From positions 1 to 42,018 of the forward strand of contig JACQXU010000048.1 in NCBI GenBank assembly GCA_016208545.1: a stretch of DNA of 42,018 nt. The letters are read 5' to 3'. Below, piece after piece: positions 32,682 through 40,860 of the stretch. Below the pieces are notes generated by a model. That model searched no databases and was not told the origin of the DNA. It saw only the letters and a program-made list of their open reading frames with translations. This DNA comes from Candidatus Uhrbacteria bacterium (GTDB lineage: Bacteria; Patescibacteriota; Patescibacteriia; UBA9934; GWF2-40-263). How positions within the stretch are numbered: position 1 is the first letter of the stretch; every line of letters begins with the position of its first letter. The position numbers and the translations under genes were made by a program.

Positions 32682-35371
32682 GCTTTCTTTTTCGGACTCA
32701 AATTATCAAGTTCGCGTTTTGCAACGTCTATTTTTTCAACTTCTGTGTCAAGTTGGTTTGCTTTTTCTCTCAATGCTTTTACTTCGGTAGTTATGCCGAC
32801 CGCATCTTCTGCTTTTAATTCCTCTTTTCTATTTTTCAACGATTCTATGTTTCTTCGAATTGTACTCAACTCCGACAAGTCAGCTCCGCGCGAAGATTCG
32901 TTTGACAAATCTCGCTCAAGAGTTTGCACTTGCGCGTTAAGCTCTCTCAACGCCGCCGAACGTTCAGATTCTTTTATGTTTAATTGTGAATTTAATTGAT
33001 TTTTAGCGTTTGTAATGCGTTCTTCAGAAGCATTAGCAAAATTTTCTCGAACAAAATCAACGGGTTTTTCTTGTTTTGAAACTTGTGGAACACGACCAAA
33101 TTTTCCATCAAGACTTGCTGTTGAAGCATTTTCTTGCGCCTGACTTCGCTGAAGCCGCATATTAACAAGAGCCTCTGTTTCTTTAATCGGAGCTTTTCCT
33201 TGAGCTTTCGTCTGATCAATAACTGTTTTAAGTTGATTTTCAAGTTTGTCAAGCGCTTTCAATGTGTGGAATCTTTCTTCATCTTTTTGCGCGACTGTTT
33301 GGCCCTGTTTTGGAGCCGCTGTGTATTGGGCTGTCATGGCTGAAATGGCCGCGCTTGCGCGTTTCAAATCTCCGTCTTTGATTGCGATACTGGCAACGCG
33401 TTGTGCCGAATCTGAACCAGCACTAACAGCGTCTTTAACTGTTACAGTTCTCAAATCTTCATCTTTAACGCCAGCAAATCGCTCTTGCCAAACTTTCTTT
33501 TTGTCATCCCCAAAATGTCCTTGTTCAATCGCTTCAGCCGCTGTCATTGTTTTTTCAACTTTCTTTTTTATTTTTTTCTTCTTTCCATCTTTTCCAACAA
33601 CTTCTTCCTCTTCTTGAACTTCAACTTTAACATCGAGTCCGGAAAGTTTTTTACGAACATCATCATTTAATAACGCGCTGGATTCTAATGCTTTTACATC
33701 ATCTTTATCTTTGAGCAAACCAGCAGAGCCTGTGACATGCGCATATTTTTTCTTAAACTTTTCAAGAGAATCTGTTGTTTTTGCATCGCCTTTGAAATCT
33801 TCTTCCATTGATTTTCCATATCGACCCCAAAGTTTTTGAAGATTTCCGGACTTTGCCAATTCCTTTTGCATTTCTTCATCGCCAAGAGCATCTTTCATCA
33901 AAGCTTCTGCTTCAAATCTGCCGCCTAACGTGATTGTGCCGCTTTGCGCGAACCTTTCAAGTTGTTTGAGTTTGGTAGCTTTCGTATCATCCTTATATTT
34001 CTCACCAGCCTTTGCAACTTCCGCATGGCGGGAACCAAGACTTGCCTGCGCTTGTCGTTCAGCTACGACTCCGAGTGTTTGACCGATCACACCAGTTCCT
34101 GCCGCGCCAGCAACTTTTTGCCATGCGCGAGCACGTCCTCGCTGTGTAAGAAGTCCCGTGTATTTATTATTCTCCATTCTTCCGCCTATTTCTCTTGCGC
34201 CAGTGCGTCCAACAGCTCGAGCGCCAGCCCCAACTTTTCTGCCTGTCCAACCAGCGGTTTTAAGAGCCGCGCCTTTTGCAACTCCAAGCATTGCAGGCCC
34301 AGCCGCCACAGCTTTGCCGAGTTGCGCACCAAGAAACTTTCCTTTGATTCCAGAACAAATCTTTTGAGCTGTATCCATTCCAGCCATAATCATTGCCGAT
34401 CCAACAACAAGGCTCATAAAATTCTGAAGTTCAAAAATTTTCGTCAAAAAGCTGGCTGAATTGCCCAAATTTACAGTTCCTGTGTCAAAACCATCTGCTG
34501 TTGAACCAGCTCCGGCAACTGCAAGCGCAAGCCACAAGAAAAATGTGATCACAGGACCAATCGCAACAATACACTTAAAATTTGTCCACCATTCGGAATA
34601 TGCGTCTGATTTGATTATCGGAACGCCACCAATAAACCACGCAAGCGGAGCAAGCACAATCAAAACCCAAAGAGCAACAATGCGATACAACAAAATTCCA
34701 AACATGAGCAACATGATTACAAGCACCCAAGATAAAATAAAAACAGCGGCAATACTCGCAAACGCAAGATTCCATGATTCAACACCGGACCCTCCAGAAT
34801 TATTAAGCACGCCAGAACTGCTTGACAGGCTCCATACTTTATTGAGTCCAAACATTTCAATCATGTTTCCAGCAGCAATTTCACGAAGCGCGTTTGCAAA
34901 AGTGAGCATGACAACTTGTCCAAAATCAATCATGATGCCGGCAAGAGTTTTGGAAAAATTGATGAGGATCGCAAAAATGAGCAAGCGAGGAACTTGCGTT
35001 TGCCATTTGAACTTACTGCCGCCAAAAATTGTTCCAAAAGCAATTACAATGAGCACTATCACGAAAAACATGTTCACTGTGTCGCGCATGAGAGCCCAGC
35101 CAGCTGTGACAACAGGAGCGTTTGAAAAATTGTTGTAAAGCATGACAGGAACCAAATACTCGATTACTGTCGCGATCAAACCTGCTAGCAAGCCAGAAAA
35201 AAGGTTTCCAACTGTTGCAATCAAATTTGCAATGTCATCTCCTGACGGAAGCCCCCACGCAAACACAGGCTTAGCAAACAAAATTCCAAAAATAATTACA
35301 AATACAAAAAAACTTGCGCGGCTACGAAGCCACAAAAGAGTCGCGCTTGCGCGTCGTTTTATTTTCTGCAT
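32678..35371 (-). CDS. VirB6/TrbL-like polytopic membrane protein with a charged coiled-coil C-terminal extension of about 500 aa
   Basis: At least 7 predicted TM helices in the first 400 aa or so (e.g. LAFASIAAVFILSWVLVIMLLMFGILLYRIVALWVLIVLAPLAWFIGGV), then a Lys/Glu/Ala-rich tail. Start set at ATG 35371; the track ORF start at 35518 would overlap the upstream gene. Confidence 0.6.
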   Translation of the reverse strand: MQKIKRRASATLLWLRSRASFFVFVIIFGILFAKPVFAWGLPSGDDIANLIATVGNLFSGLLAGLIATVIEYLVPVMLYNNFSNAPVVTAGWALMRDTVNMFFVIVLIVIAFGTIFGGSKFKWQTQVPRLLIFAILINFSKTLAGIMIDFGQVVMLTFANALREIAAGNMIEMFGLNKVWSLSSSSGVLNNSGGSGVESWNLAFASIAAVFILSWVLVIMLLMFGILLYRIVALWVLIVLAPLAWFIGGVPIIKSDAYSEWWTNFKCIVAIGPVITFFLWLALAVAGAGSTADGFDTGTVNLGNSASFLTKIFELQNFMSLVVGSAMIMAGMDTAQKICSGIKGKFLGAQLGKAVAAGPAMLGVAKGAALKTAGWTGRKVGAGARAVGRTGAREIGGRMENNKYTGLLTQRGRARAWQKVAGAAGTGVIGQTLGVVAERQAQASLGSRHAEVAKAGEKYKDDTKATKLKQLERFAQSGTITLGGRFEAEALMKDALGDEEMQKELAKSGNLQKLWGRYGKSMEEDFKGDAKTTDSLEKFKKKYAHVTGSAGLLKDKDDVKALESSALLNDDVRKKLSGLDVKVEVQEEEEVVGKDGKKKKIKKKVEKTMTAAEAIEQGHFGDDKKKVWQERFAGVKDEDLRTVTVKDAVSAGSDSAQRVASIAIKDGDLKRASAAISAMTAQYTAAPKQGQTVAQKDEERFHTLKALDKLENQLKTVIDQTKAQGKAPIKETEALVNMRLQRSQAQENASTASLDGKFGRVPQVSKQEKPVDFVRENFANASEERITNAKNQLNSQLNIKESERSAALRELNAQVQTLERDLSNESSRGADLSELSTIRRNIESLKNRKEELKAEDAVGITTEVKALREKANQLDTEVEKIDVAKRELDNLSPKKKA

Positions 35372-35439
35372 ATCTGATCGAATTATATCAGAAAAACAAA
35401 AGAAAAACCTGTGCGTTTGTGCACAGGCAAGAGTAGTAA

Positions 35440-37368
35440 CTACGGGTTGCACTCGTTTGCAGTCCCGATTTTGAGCAAGGCAGAGCAACCAGATGCCGGG
35501 CCTCCAGGAGCGGACCACGTTGTTAGATCGAACGTTGTGTAGATAACTCCTTTGTAGATGATCTCGATGCTCGCGTCTGGGTCGAGGCTCGCAGTGATGC
35601 CGTTCCCGGCACAGAGCCAGGAAGTGGCAGGGTTGCCTTCACTCACATTGAGCCGGAAACCGCAAATTCCATCCGGAACCTGCTCGAACGAAAGAGATAC
35701 GTCGTTGTCAGAATCGAATTCTGACTTGTCCCACCAACCGCCAAGATCTGACTTTTGGTAATACGCCTGAACGTTAAGTGTCCGAGGCGCAGAGTACGGA
35801 TAGGTCACGATGAAAGAAACGGAGTCAAGCGCAGGCTGAAGCCTGCGGCTACCATCTTCTTCAGCCTCTTCAGCTTCTCCAGCTTCTTCCTTGAATCCAG
35901 CCATTTCGATCTCACCAGTGTCGTCTTGGTCAATGTACGGTTCATCCTTGGCCACAAGCATGGAATGGCCGCAGGTTGTCACGACTTCGCTTGAAATGCA
36001 GTATATGCCGCTCGCGCAATCGCCAACGACCTTTTGCACAGCAAGCACGACACCGCTGTCAACTTCGATGATCGGTCGCTCACCGAAACCGAGCAGAGTA
36101 AACGTGTGCCAGTCCTTGATCGGCATGGCGACATTTTGTTCAGCAACATACACGTCGCTCTTTGTATACTCTTTGATCAGAGTGCCATTTCGAAACTGCG
36201 CCAGACCGTCTTTCTCAGGCCAGTTCGAAAGATATGAATTCGACCAGTCAACGATTGGCGGAGGATCCCACGTGTAATACGAAAGTCCCCAGGAAGAAAG
36301 GACCGATTCCCAGCCGATCTCGTCTACTTTGATTCTGTACCGATTCCACTGGTTGGCGAGTCCATTCAACAGCCAAATCTGACCGAGCGGATCTCGAACA
36401 GCCTTGACAAATCCGGCATCGGAAATGTCAACGCCTTTCTTGTAACACGCCAGCTCTTCGTCAGAGATGATCACGAGATCCGAGAAGTCGTAGCCGAGGC
36501 TCCAGAACACGTTTTCGTTCGTGATCCATCGAACCTCGCCGTTTGAGATCAGATAGACTTTCGAATCATGCGCGGTCTTCACGAGAGTGCCGTCCGGATG
36601 CGAAAGCGCAACCGGAAGCGCGGACGTGTAATACTTGCCAACAGGCTCATCATCACCCTTTTTGCCGGTTCCAAGTCCACACACGAACTGTTCGCTTTCG
36701 AGCGTCTTTTCTTCACCGGAAGAATCGGAAACGACGTATGTCGCAGGAACCGACTCGCCGTTTTCTGCCGGAAGAGTCGCGTCGCCTTTGTGAAGGCCGA
36801 CGTGAACGTGGTCGCCGGTGCATTTTCCAGTACAACCTTCGATTCCAATCAGCTGTCCGACCGCAACCTCGCACCCGTCGCAGACGATAATCTCGTCCAA
36901 GTGCGCGATCACGACGTAATAGCCGTTTCCGAGGTCAATACAGACGTGATTTCCGAATCCACTTCCGGTTGCCGCGAAAGTGTGGACGTACGCGTATCCG
37001 GAAACTGACGCATACAGCTCCCAACGTTCGACGTTTGAAGTGTCGAAGTCGAGATCGTTCGCAGTGCTCTTGAGGTAGTGGGTGTACTCGCCGCCAGCGC
37101 CCTGCGTGCACAGAATCGTCATGCCGTTCGGCAGAGGAATCTGCAACACGATTACACCTCCTCCGCCCTTGTTGCTGTTGTCTCCCTTGTTGCTGTTGTG
37201 GTTGAAAGGTTCGACCGACTGCTCACTCGTCTTCCCTGGCAAGTCGTCCTCATCAAGATCATGAGAGGACCCGCCACTTTGAGTATTCCTCGGAACCCGA
37301 ACGCACGCGAAGATGGAACACGCGACCAGAATTTGCAGCAACTTACTGCTAGAGAACTTGGTGAACAT
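35440..37368 (-). CDS. M23 (LytM-type) peptidoglycan endopeptidase, probable lipoprotein, with a large C-terminal extension
   Basis: Lipobox-like ILVAC. M23 motifs (THYLKSTANDLDFD; FGNHVCIDLGNGYYVVIAHL; GCTGKCTGDHVHVGLH). GC-rich: 55-58% in two 60-nt lines I counted. Confidence 0.8.
   Translation of the reverse strand: MFTKFSSSKLLQILVACSIFACVRVPRNTQSGGSSHDLDEDDLPGKTSEQSVEPFNHNSNKGDNSNKGGGGVIVLQIPLPNGMTILCTQGAGGEYTHYLKSTANDLDFDTSNVERWELYASVSGYAYVHTFAATGSGFGNHVCIDLGNGYYVVIAHLDEIIVCDGCEVAVGQLIGIEGCTGKCTGDHVHVGLHKGDATLPAENGESVPATYVVSDSSGEEKTLESEQFVCGLGTGKKGDDEPVGKYYTSALPVALSHPDGTLVKTAHDSKVYLISNGEVRWITNENVFWSLGYDFSDLVIISDEELACYKKGVDISDAGFVKAVRDPLGQIWLLNGLANQWNRYRIKVDEIGWESVLSSWGLSYYTWDPPPIVDWSNSYLSNWPEKDGLAQFRNGTLIKEYTKSDVYVAEQNVAMPIKDWHTFTLLGFGERPIIEVDSGVVLAVQKVVGDCASGIYCISSEVVTTCGHSMLVAKDEPYIDQDDTGEIEMAGFKEEAGEAEEAEEDGSRRLQPALDSVSFIVTYPYSAPRTLNVQAYYQKSDLGGWWDKSEFDSDNDVSLSFEQVPDGICGFRLNVSEGNPATSWLCAGNGITASLDPDASIEIIYKGVIYTTFDLTTWSAPGGPASGCSALLKIGTANECNP
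35829..35859. repeat. R1 palindromic repeat embedded in frame in the M23 peptidase gene
   Basis: gcgcaggctgaagcctgcggctaccatcttc, translated as EDGSRRLQPA in an acidic linker (EEAGEAEEAEEDGSRRLQPALD). Confidence 0.9.
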
Positions 37369-37601
37369 GATTCACCTCTTTCTAGAGACGTCAACCGCCT
37401 CGTTCGGCGCGCGAGGCCTTCGCGCACCTGCTCGAGTGGGTTGACATTCTTGCGGCGCCTCCCGTCACCGCACTGTCAATTTTCACTGTTGATGTCCAAG
37501 GCTAATTTTTTGCCAAATCGTGATTCCGCGATGTCGATTCGAGAGACGTCAGTTTCACTGTTTCCGTCTCGTTCGTCGAACAGAGCAGAAAATCTCGATA
37601 T

Positions 37602-37782
37602 ATAGACATCACATTCCAAAATCGTACTCAATAACCCATTAAAATTATGACTGGCTTGTTTTTCACTCAGAAAAATCCTCAATGTATCTACAGATACATT
37701 TGCGGTTTTTCTGAGTTGCAAAACCGCGCCATTCATCAATTTTTCTTGGGTTCTAAGTATGATTTTGGAATGTGATGTCTAT
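37602..37782. mobile_element. 181-bp MITE-like element with terminal inverted repeats of about 26 bp
   Basis: ATAGACATCACATTCCAAAATCGTACT at 37602-37628 versus AGTATGATTTTGGAATGTGATGTCTAT at 37756-37782. The left 66 bp recur at window positions 1-66. Confidence 0.8.
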
Positions 37783-37881
37783 TGATATTAAAACATCAAC
37801 TTTGATGGCTGTCAATGATTTTTAGCTAAAATAAGCAAAAATTTCTGTAATGTCAAACAAACATAACAAAATAAAACAAAC

Positions 37882-37924
37882 AAAAAAACGCGAAGATTAC
37901 AACAAATTTAACGTTCGCGTTTTA
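37882..37924 (-). terminator. Intrinsic terminator downstream of serS (possibly bidirectional)
   Basis: aaaaaaACGCGAA(19-nt loop)TTCGCGTtttt. On the minus strand the hairpin is followed by TTTTTTT. Confidence 0.6.
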
Positions 37925-37947
37925 ATAACATCTTACTGTGAATAACA

Positions 37948-39204
37948 TTATCCAATTTTTTCCTTTCCAATCCACTGACGCAAAACTTTTGGAACAACAA
38001 TACTTCCATCTTCCTCTTGATAATTCTCTAAAATCGCGATCAATGTGCGCCCGATCGCAAAAGCGGTTCCATTCAAAGCATGCGCAAACTCGTTTTTTCC
38101 TTTTCGACGAACACGAATGTTGAGCCTTCGTGTCTGAAAGTCGGTTGTGTTTGAGGTTGAGTGTGTTTCGCGATACATATTTTGCGACGGCATCCATGTT
38201 TCAATGTCGTATGTTCTCGCGGACGGTGTGCCTGTATCACCAGAACATAATTTCATAACTCGGTGCGGAAGCTCGAGGCCTTGCATGAGTTTTTCTTCCA
38301 TCGCCAACAACTTTTCATGTTCTTCATCAGAATTTTCTGGAACTGTGAAGCTAAACATTTCAACTTTATCAAATTGATGTACGCGCAAAATACCGCGAGT
38401 GTCTTTTCCATAACTTCCGGCTTCGCGACGATAACACGGTGAAAAACCAGCATATCGCAAAGGCAACTGGCTTTCATCCAAAACTTCATTCATATGCATT
38501 GGACCAAGCGCTTGTTCTGAAGTTCCAATCAAAACCATTGGATCATTTTTTAGATGATAAATCTCCTCTTCTCCGCCGTGTTGAAGATATCCCATCGCGG
38601 CCATCGCTTCAATCGAAATCAAATGCGGAGGAATTACAGGAATAAAATTTTCTTTCAACAATTCTGAAAGCGCATATTGAATCAAAGCAAACTCGAGCAA
38701 AACTCCATCGCCTTTGAGATATGTAAATCGCGCGCCTGAAACTTTTGCCGCTCGCTCAACATCAATGATTCCTAAATGTTCTCCAAGTCCAAGATGATCT
38801 TTTGGTGTAAAAGAAAATTTTGTCGGCTCAAGAAATGTGCGAACTTGTTCATTTTGCGATCCATCAGTTCCGGTTGGAACGTCATCACGCAAAATGTTTG
38901 GATATTTAAAAAGTTCTGCGTTAAGCAATGTTTCAGCTTGTGTAAGTTTTTCTTCCCATTCTTTTATTTGTTCTTTGAGAAGTTTGCCCTGCTCGATTAT
39001 TGCCGGACGATCTTCTGCTGATGCTGTTGAAACGTATTTGGAAAGCTCGTTCGCTTTTGTTCGAAGTTCTTGAACCTGTTCCAAACTCTCGGCTCTGTCT
39101 TTTGCGTGTTTTGTCGCAAACGAAACGTCAATGTCGCGACCGCGACGACGATTATTTTCAGCCACTTTATCTGGCTGTTCCAAAAGATATTTGATATCGA
39201 CCAT
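37948..39204 (-). CDS. serS: Serine--tRNA ligase
   Basis: 418 aa. N-terminal coiled-coil arm and class II motifs (FSPCYRREAGSYGKDTRGILRVHQF; GTAFAIGRTLIAILENYQ). Confidence 0.96.
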   Translation of the reverse strand: MVDIKYLLEQPDKVAENNRRRGRDIDVSFATKHAKDRAESLEQVQELRTKANELSKYVSTASAEDRPAIIEQGKLLKEQIKEWEEKLTQAETLLNAELFKYPNILRDDVPTGTDGSQNEQVRTFLEPTKFSFTPKDHLGLGEHLGIIDVERAAKVSGARFTYLKGDGVLLEFALIQYALSELLKENFIPVIPPHLISIEAMAAMGYLQHGGEEEIYHLKNDPMVLIGTSEQALGPMHMNEVLDESQLPLRYAGFSPCYRREAGSYGKDTRGILRVHQFDKVEMFSFTVPENSDEEHEKLLAMEEKLMQGLELPHRVMKLCSGDTGTPSARTYDIETWMPSQNMYRETHSTSNTTDFQTRRLNIRVRRKGKNEFAHALNGTAFAIGRTLIAILENYQEEDGSIVVPKVLRQWIGKEKIG

Positions 39205-39249
39205 ACCTCGTTATAATGCACGAAATTGAAAAAAATGTGAAGACCTAAA

Positions 39250-39277
39250 ACAAAAAAGACGAGGGAAAACCTCGTCA
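39250..39277 (-). terminator. Intrinsic terminator after the kinase gene
   Basis: On the minus strand GACGAGG-TTTTC-CCTCGTC is followed by TTTTTTGTTTT, starting about 10 nt after the TGA stop. Confidence 0.7.
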
Positions 39278-39285
39278 GAAACGGA

Positions 39286-40860
39286 TCATTTCACTTTGCA
39301 GAGTTCGAAACTGCTGTTGCAGTTCACACGTGGTGATTCGCCAGAACGAACAACGAGGCTCGGGCCAGCCTGCTCTGTCTCACTTGAACCGAACTTTGCA
39401 ACGACTTTGTACGTTCCTGCCGGAACATTACATGGAAGTCTGTGGCGTCCGGAAGATCCGACAAGCCATGCTTTTACAGCATCGCCCTCGGGAGCAGAAA
39501 AACCAACGTGCACAGTTTCAACCACTTCGACCTTAGGCTCTTCAACCTTTGGTGGCGGTTCGACTTGTTTTGGTTTTTCGGTCTTTTTGAGTCTTGGAGT
39601 CGTAGAACCTTGAAGTCTTGGGGTGGCGGAAAGTTCAATTTCGAATCTCGAACGTCGAGCCTCTTCCTGCTCCAACGCTCGTTGATCGAACGTCGGTTTA
39701 GGAAACTCCGGAGTTGAAAGAACCGGCAACCCCATGTCGTCCCCCTCTTCGAGAGCCTGAGGGCTCCTCAGAGCCTCGAACGGCTTGGGAAGGGGGACGT
39801 TCACTGATTCGCTCAAGAAATACACGACTACGCCAGCTATCGCCAAGAACAGAGTTGCAACAACTGCTGTGAACTTCGCGATTGCTCCACGTCGAGCTTT
39901 TCGCACAAGCCGCAAATGCTCTTCATCGTCGAATCCATCGAATTCGTCGGTTTGCGCAAAGCCAATGTTCGGCGGCAAAATCCTCAATGGATCCCCTTCT
40001 CCGCCAAACAAGAGCGTCTGCGAAGACTTCGGAAGTTCAGAAAGAGCCGACTGAAGAGCTTCACGCAACTCTCGAACAGAACCATATCGCGTTTCAGGCC
40101 TGAGCATCGTCGCTTTTGTGATGATCTCCCGCAAAGATGCCGGAATTCCGACCATTAGCTCTGGTCTATCTTCGATCGCAGGCGCGAAAAAGAATCCAGC
40201 TGGCGGTTCCTGTCCGCGCATGATTGCCCAAAGCGTCACGCCAAGCGCGTGAACGTCGGCACGTTCATCAACAGTGGCCGCGCGATCAATCTGCTCCGGA
40301 GCCATGTAGCCGAGACTCCCCATTCCAACACCATCTCTGGTGTGATGAGTCCTGGCATCGTCCATTCGCGCGATTCCGAAATCTGTAACTTTCGGAAATC
40401 CATCTTTAGTTAGAAGGATATTCTCGGGCTTTACGTCGCGATGAATCACCTTTTTCGCGTGCGTTGCTTCAATGCCAGCGCACACAAGGATCATCATGTT
40501 GACAGCGACGTCCGGCGCAAGCGCGCCGTTCTTTACAACGTAATTCCAGAGATTCCCTCCGTCAACCCACTCAAGAACGATGTACGACAACCCATCAATC
40601 TCATCAAGGTCGTAAACCTCGACAATTGACGGATGTCTGATCCTGCGAAGGATGCGCGCTTCCTTTTTGAACCTAGAAATCACTTGATCGCTTGCCAGTT
40701 GGTCAGGATTGATGATCTTGATAGCAACCGGCAAATCGAACTGCGTATCTATCGCGAAGAAAACCGTTCCCATTCCGCCTTGGCCAACTTGTCTTTCGAT
40801 TCTGAAACGGCCACTGCGATGCGTCGCGAAAGCCTCTTTGATCGTTTCCAAATCAATCAT
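39286..40860 (-). CDS. Hanks-type Ser/Thr protein kinase with a TM helix and an extracellular C-terminal domain
   Basis: GQGGMGTVF, VAIK, HRDVKPENILL, DFGIA and MAPE motifs. TM helix AVVATLFLAIAGVVVYFL. GC-rich relative to neighbours. Confidence 0.9.
   Translation of the reverse strand: MIDLETIKEAFATHRSGRFRIERQVGQGGMGTVFFAIDTQFDLPVAIKIINPDQLASDQVISRFKKEARILRRIRHPSIVEVYDLDEIDGLSYIVLEWVDGGNLWNYVVKNGALAPDVAVNMMILVCAGIEATHAKKVIHRDVKPENILLTKDGFPKVTDFGIARMDDARTHHTRDGVGMGSLGYMAPEQIDRAATVDERADVHALGVTLWAIMRGQEPPAGFFFAPAIEDRPELMVGIPASLREIITKATMLRPETRYGSVRELREALQSALSELPKSSQTLLFGGEGDPLRILPPNIGFAQTDEFDGFDDEEHLRLVRKARRGAIAKFTAVVATLFLAIAGVVVYFLSESVNVPLPKPFEALRSPQALEEGDDMGLPVLSTPEFPKPTFDQRALEQEEARRSRFEIELSATPRLQGSTTPRLKKTEKPKQVEPPPKVEEPKVEVVETVHVGFSAPEGDAVKAWLVGSSGRHRLPCNVPAGTYKVVAKFGSSETEQAGPSLVVRSGESPRVNCNSSFELCKVK
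39589..39622. repeat. R3 GGAGTC-word repeat embedded in frame in the kinase gene
   Basis: gagtcttggagtcgtagaaccttgaagtcttgggg, translated as TPRLQGSTTPRL. Compare TTPRL from the pheT copy. Confidence 0.7.

Noticed and set aside
35372-35518. 49-codon N-terminal extension of the VirB6-like ORF
   Set aside because: It would overlap the 3' end of the M23 gene by 79 nt. A basic-then-hydrophobic N terminus typical of a membrane protein starts at ATG 35371.
26724-37368. Prophage or integrative conjugative element interpretation of the T4SS-like cluster
   Set aside because: No integrase, relaxase, coupling protein, replication, capsid, terminase or tail genes are in or next to the cluster. Apart from the M23 gene, its composition matches the chromosome. 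Full-contig context is still needed.
37476-37739. 87-aa ORF upstream of the M23 gene
   Set aside because: It lies largely inside the MITE and shares the repeated sequence with window positions 1-66. It is at best a relic of a transposase, not an independent gene.
3530-39622. Possibility that the short tandem arrays are CRISPR arrays
   Set aside because: The units are 7-9 bp and contiguous, with no spacers. There are no 25-40-bp repeats with unique spacers, and no cas genes in the window.
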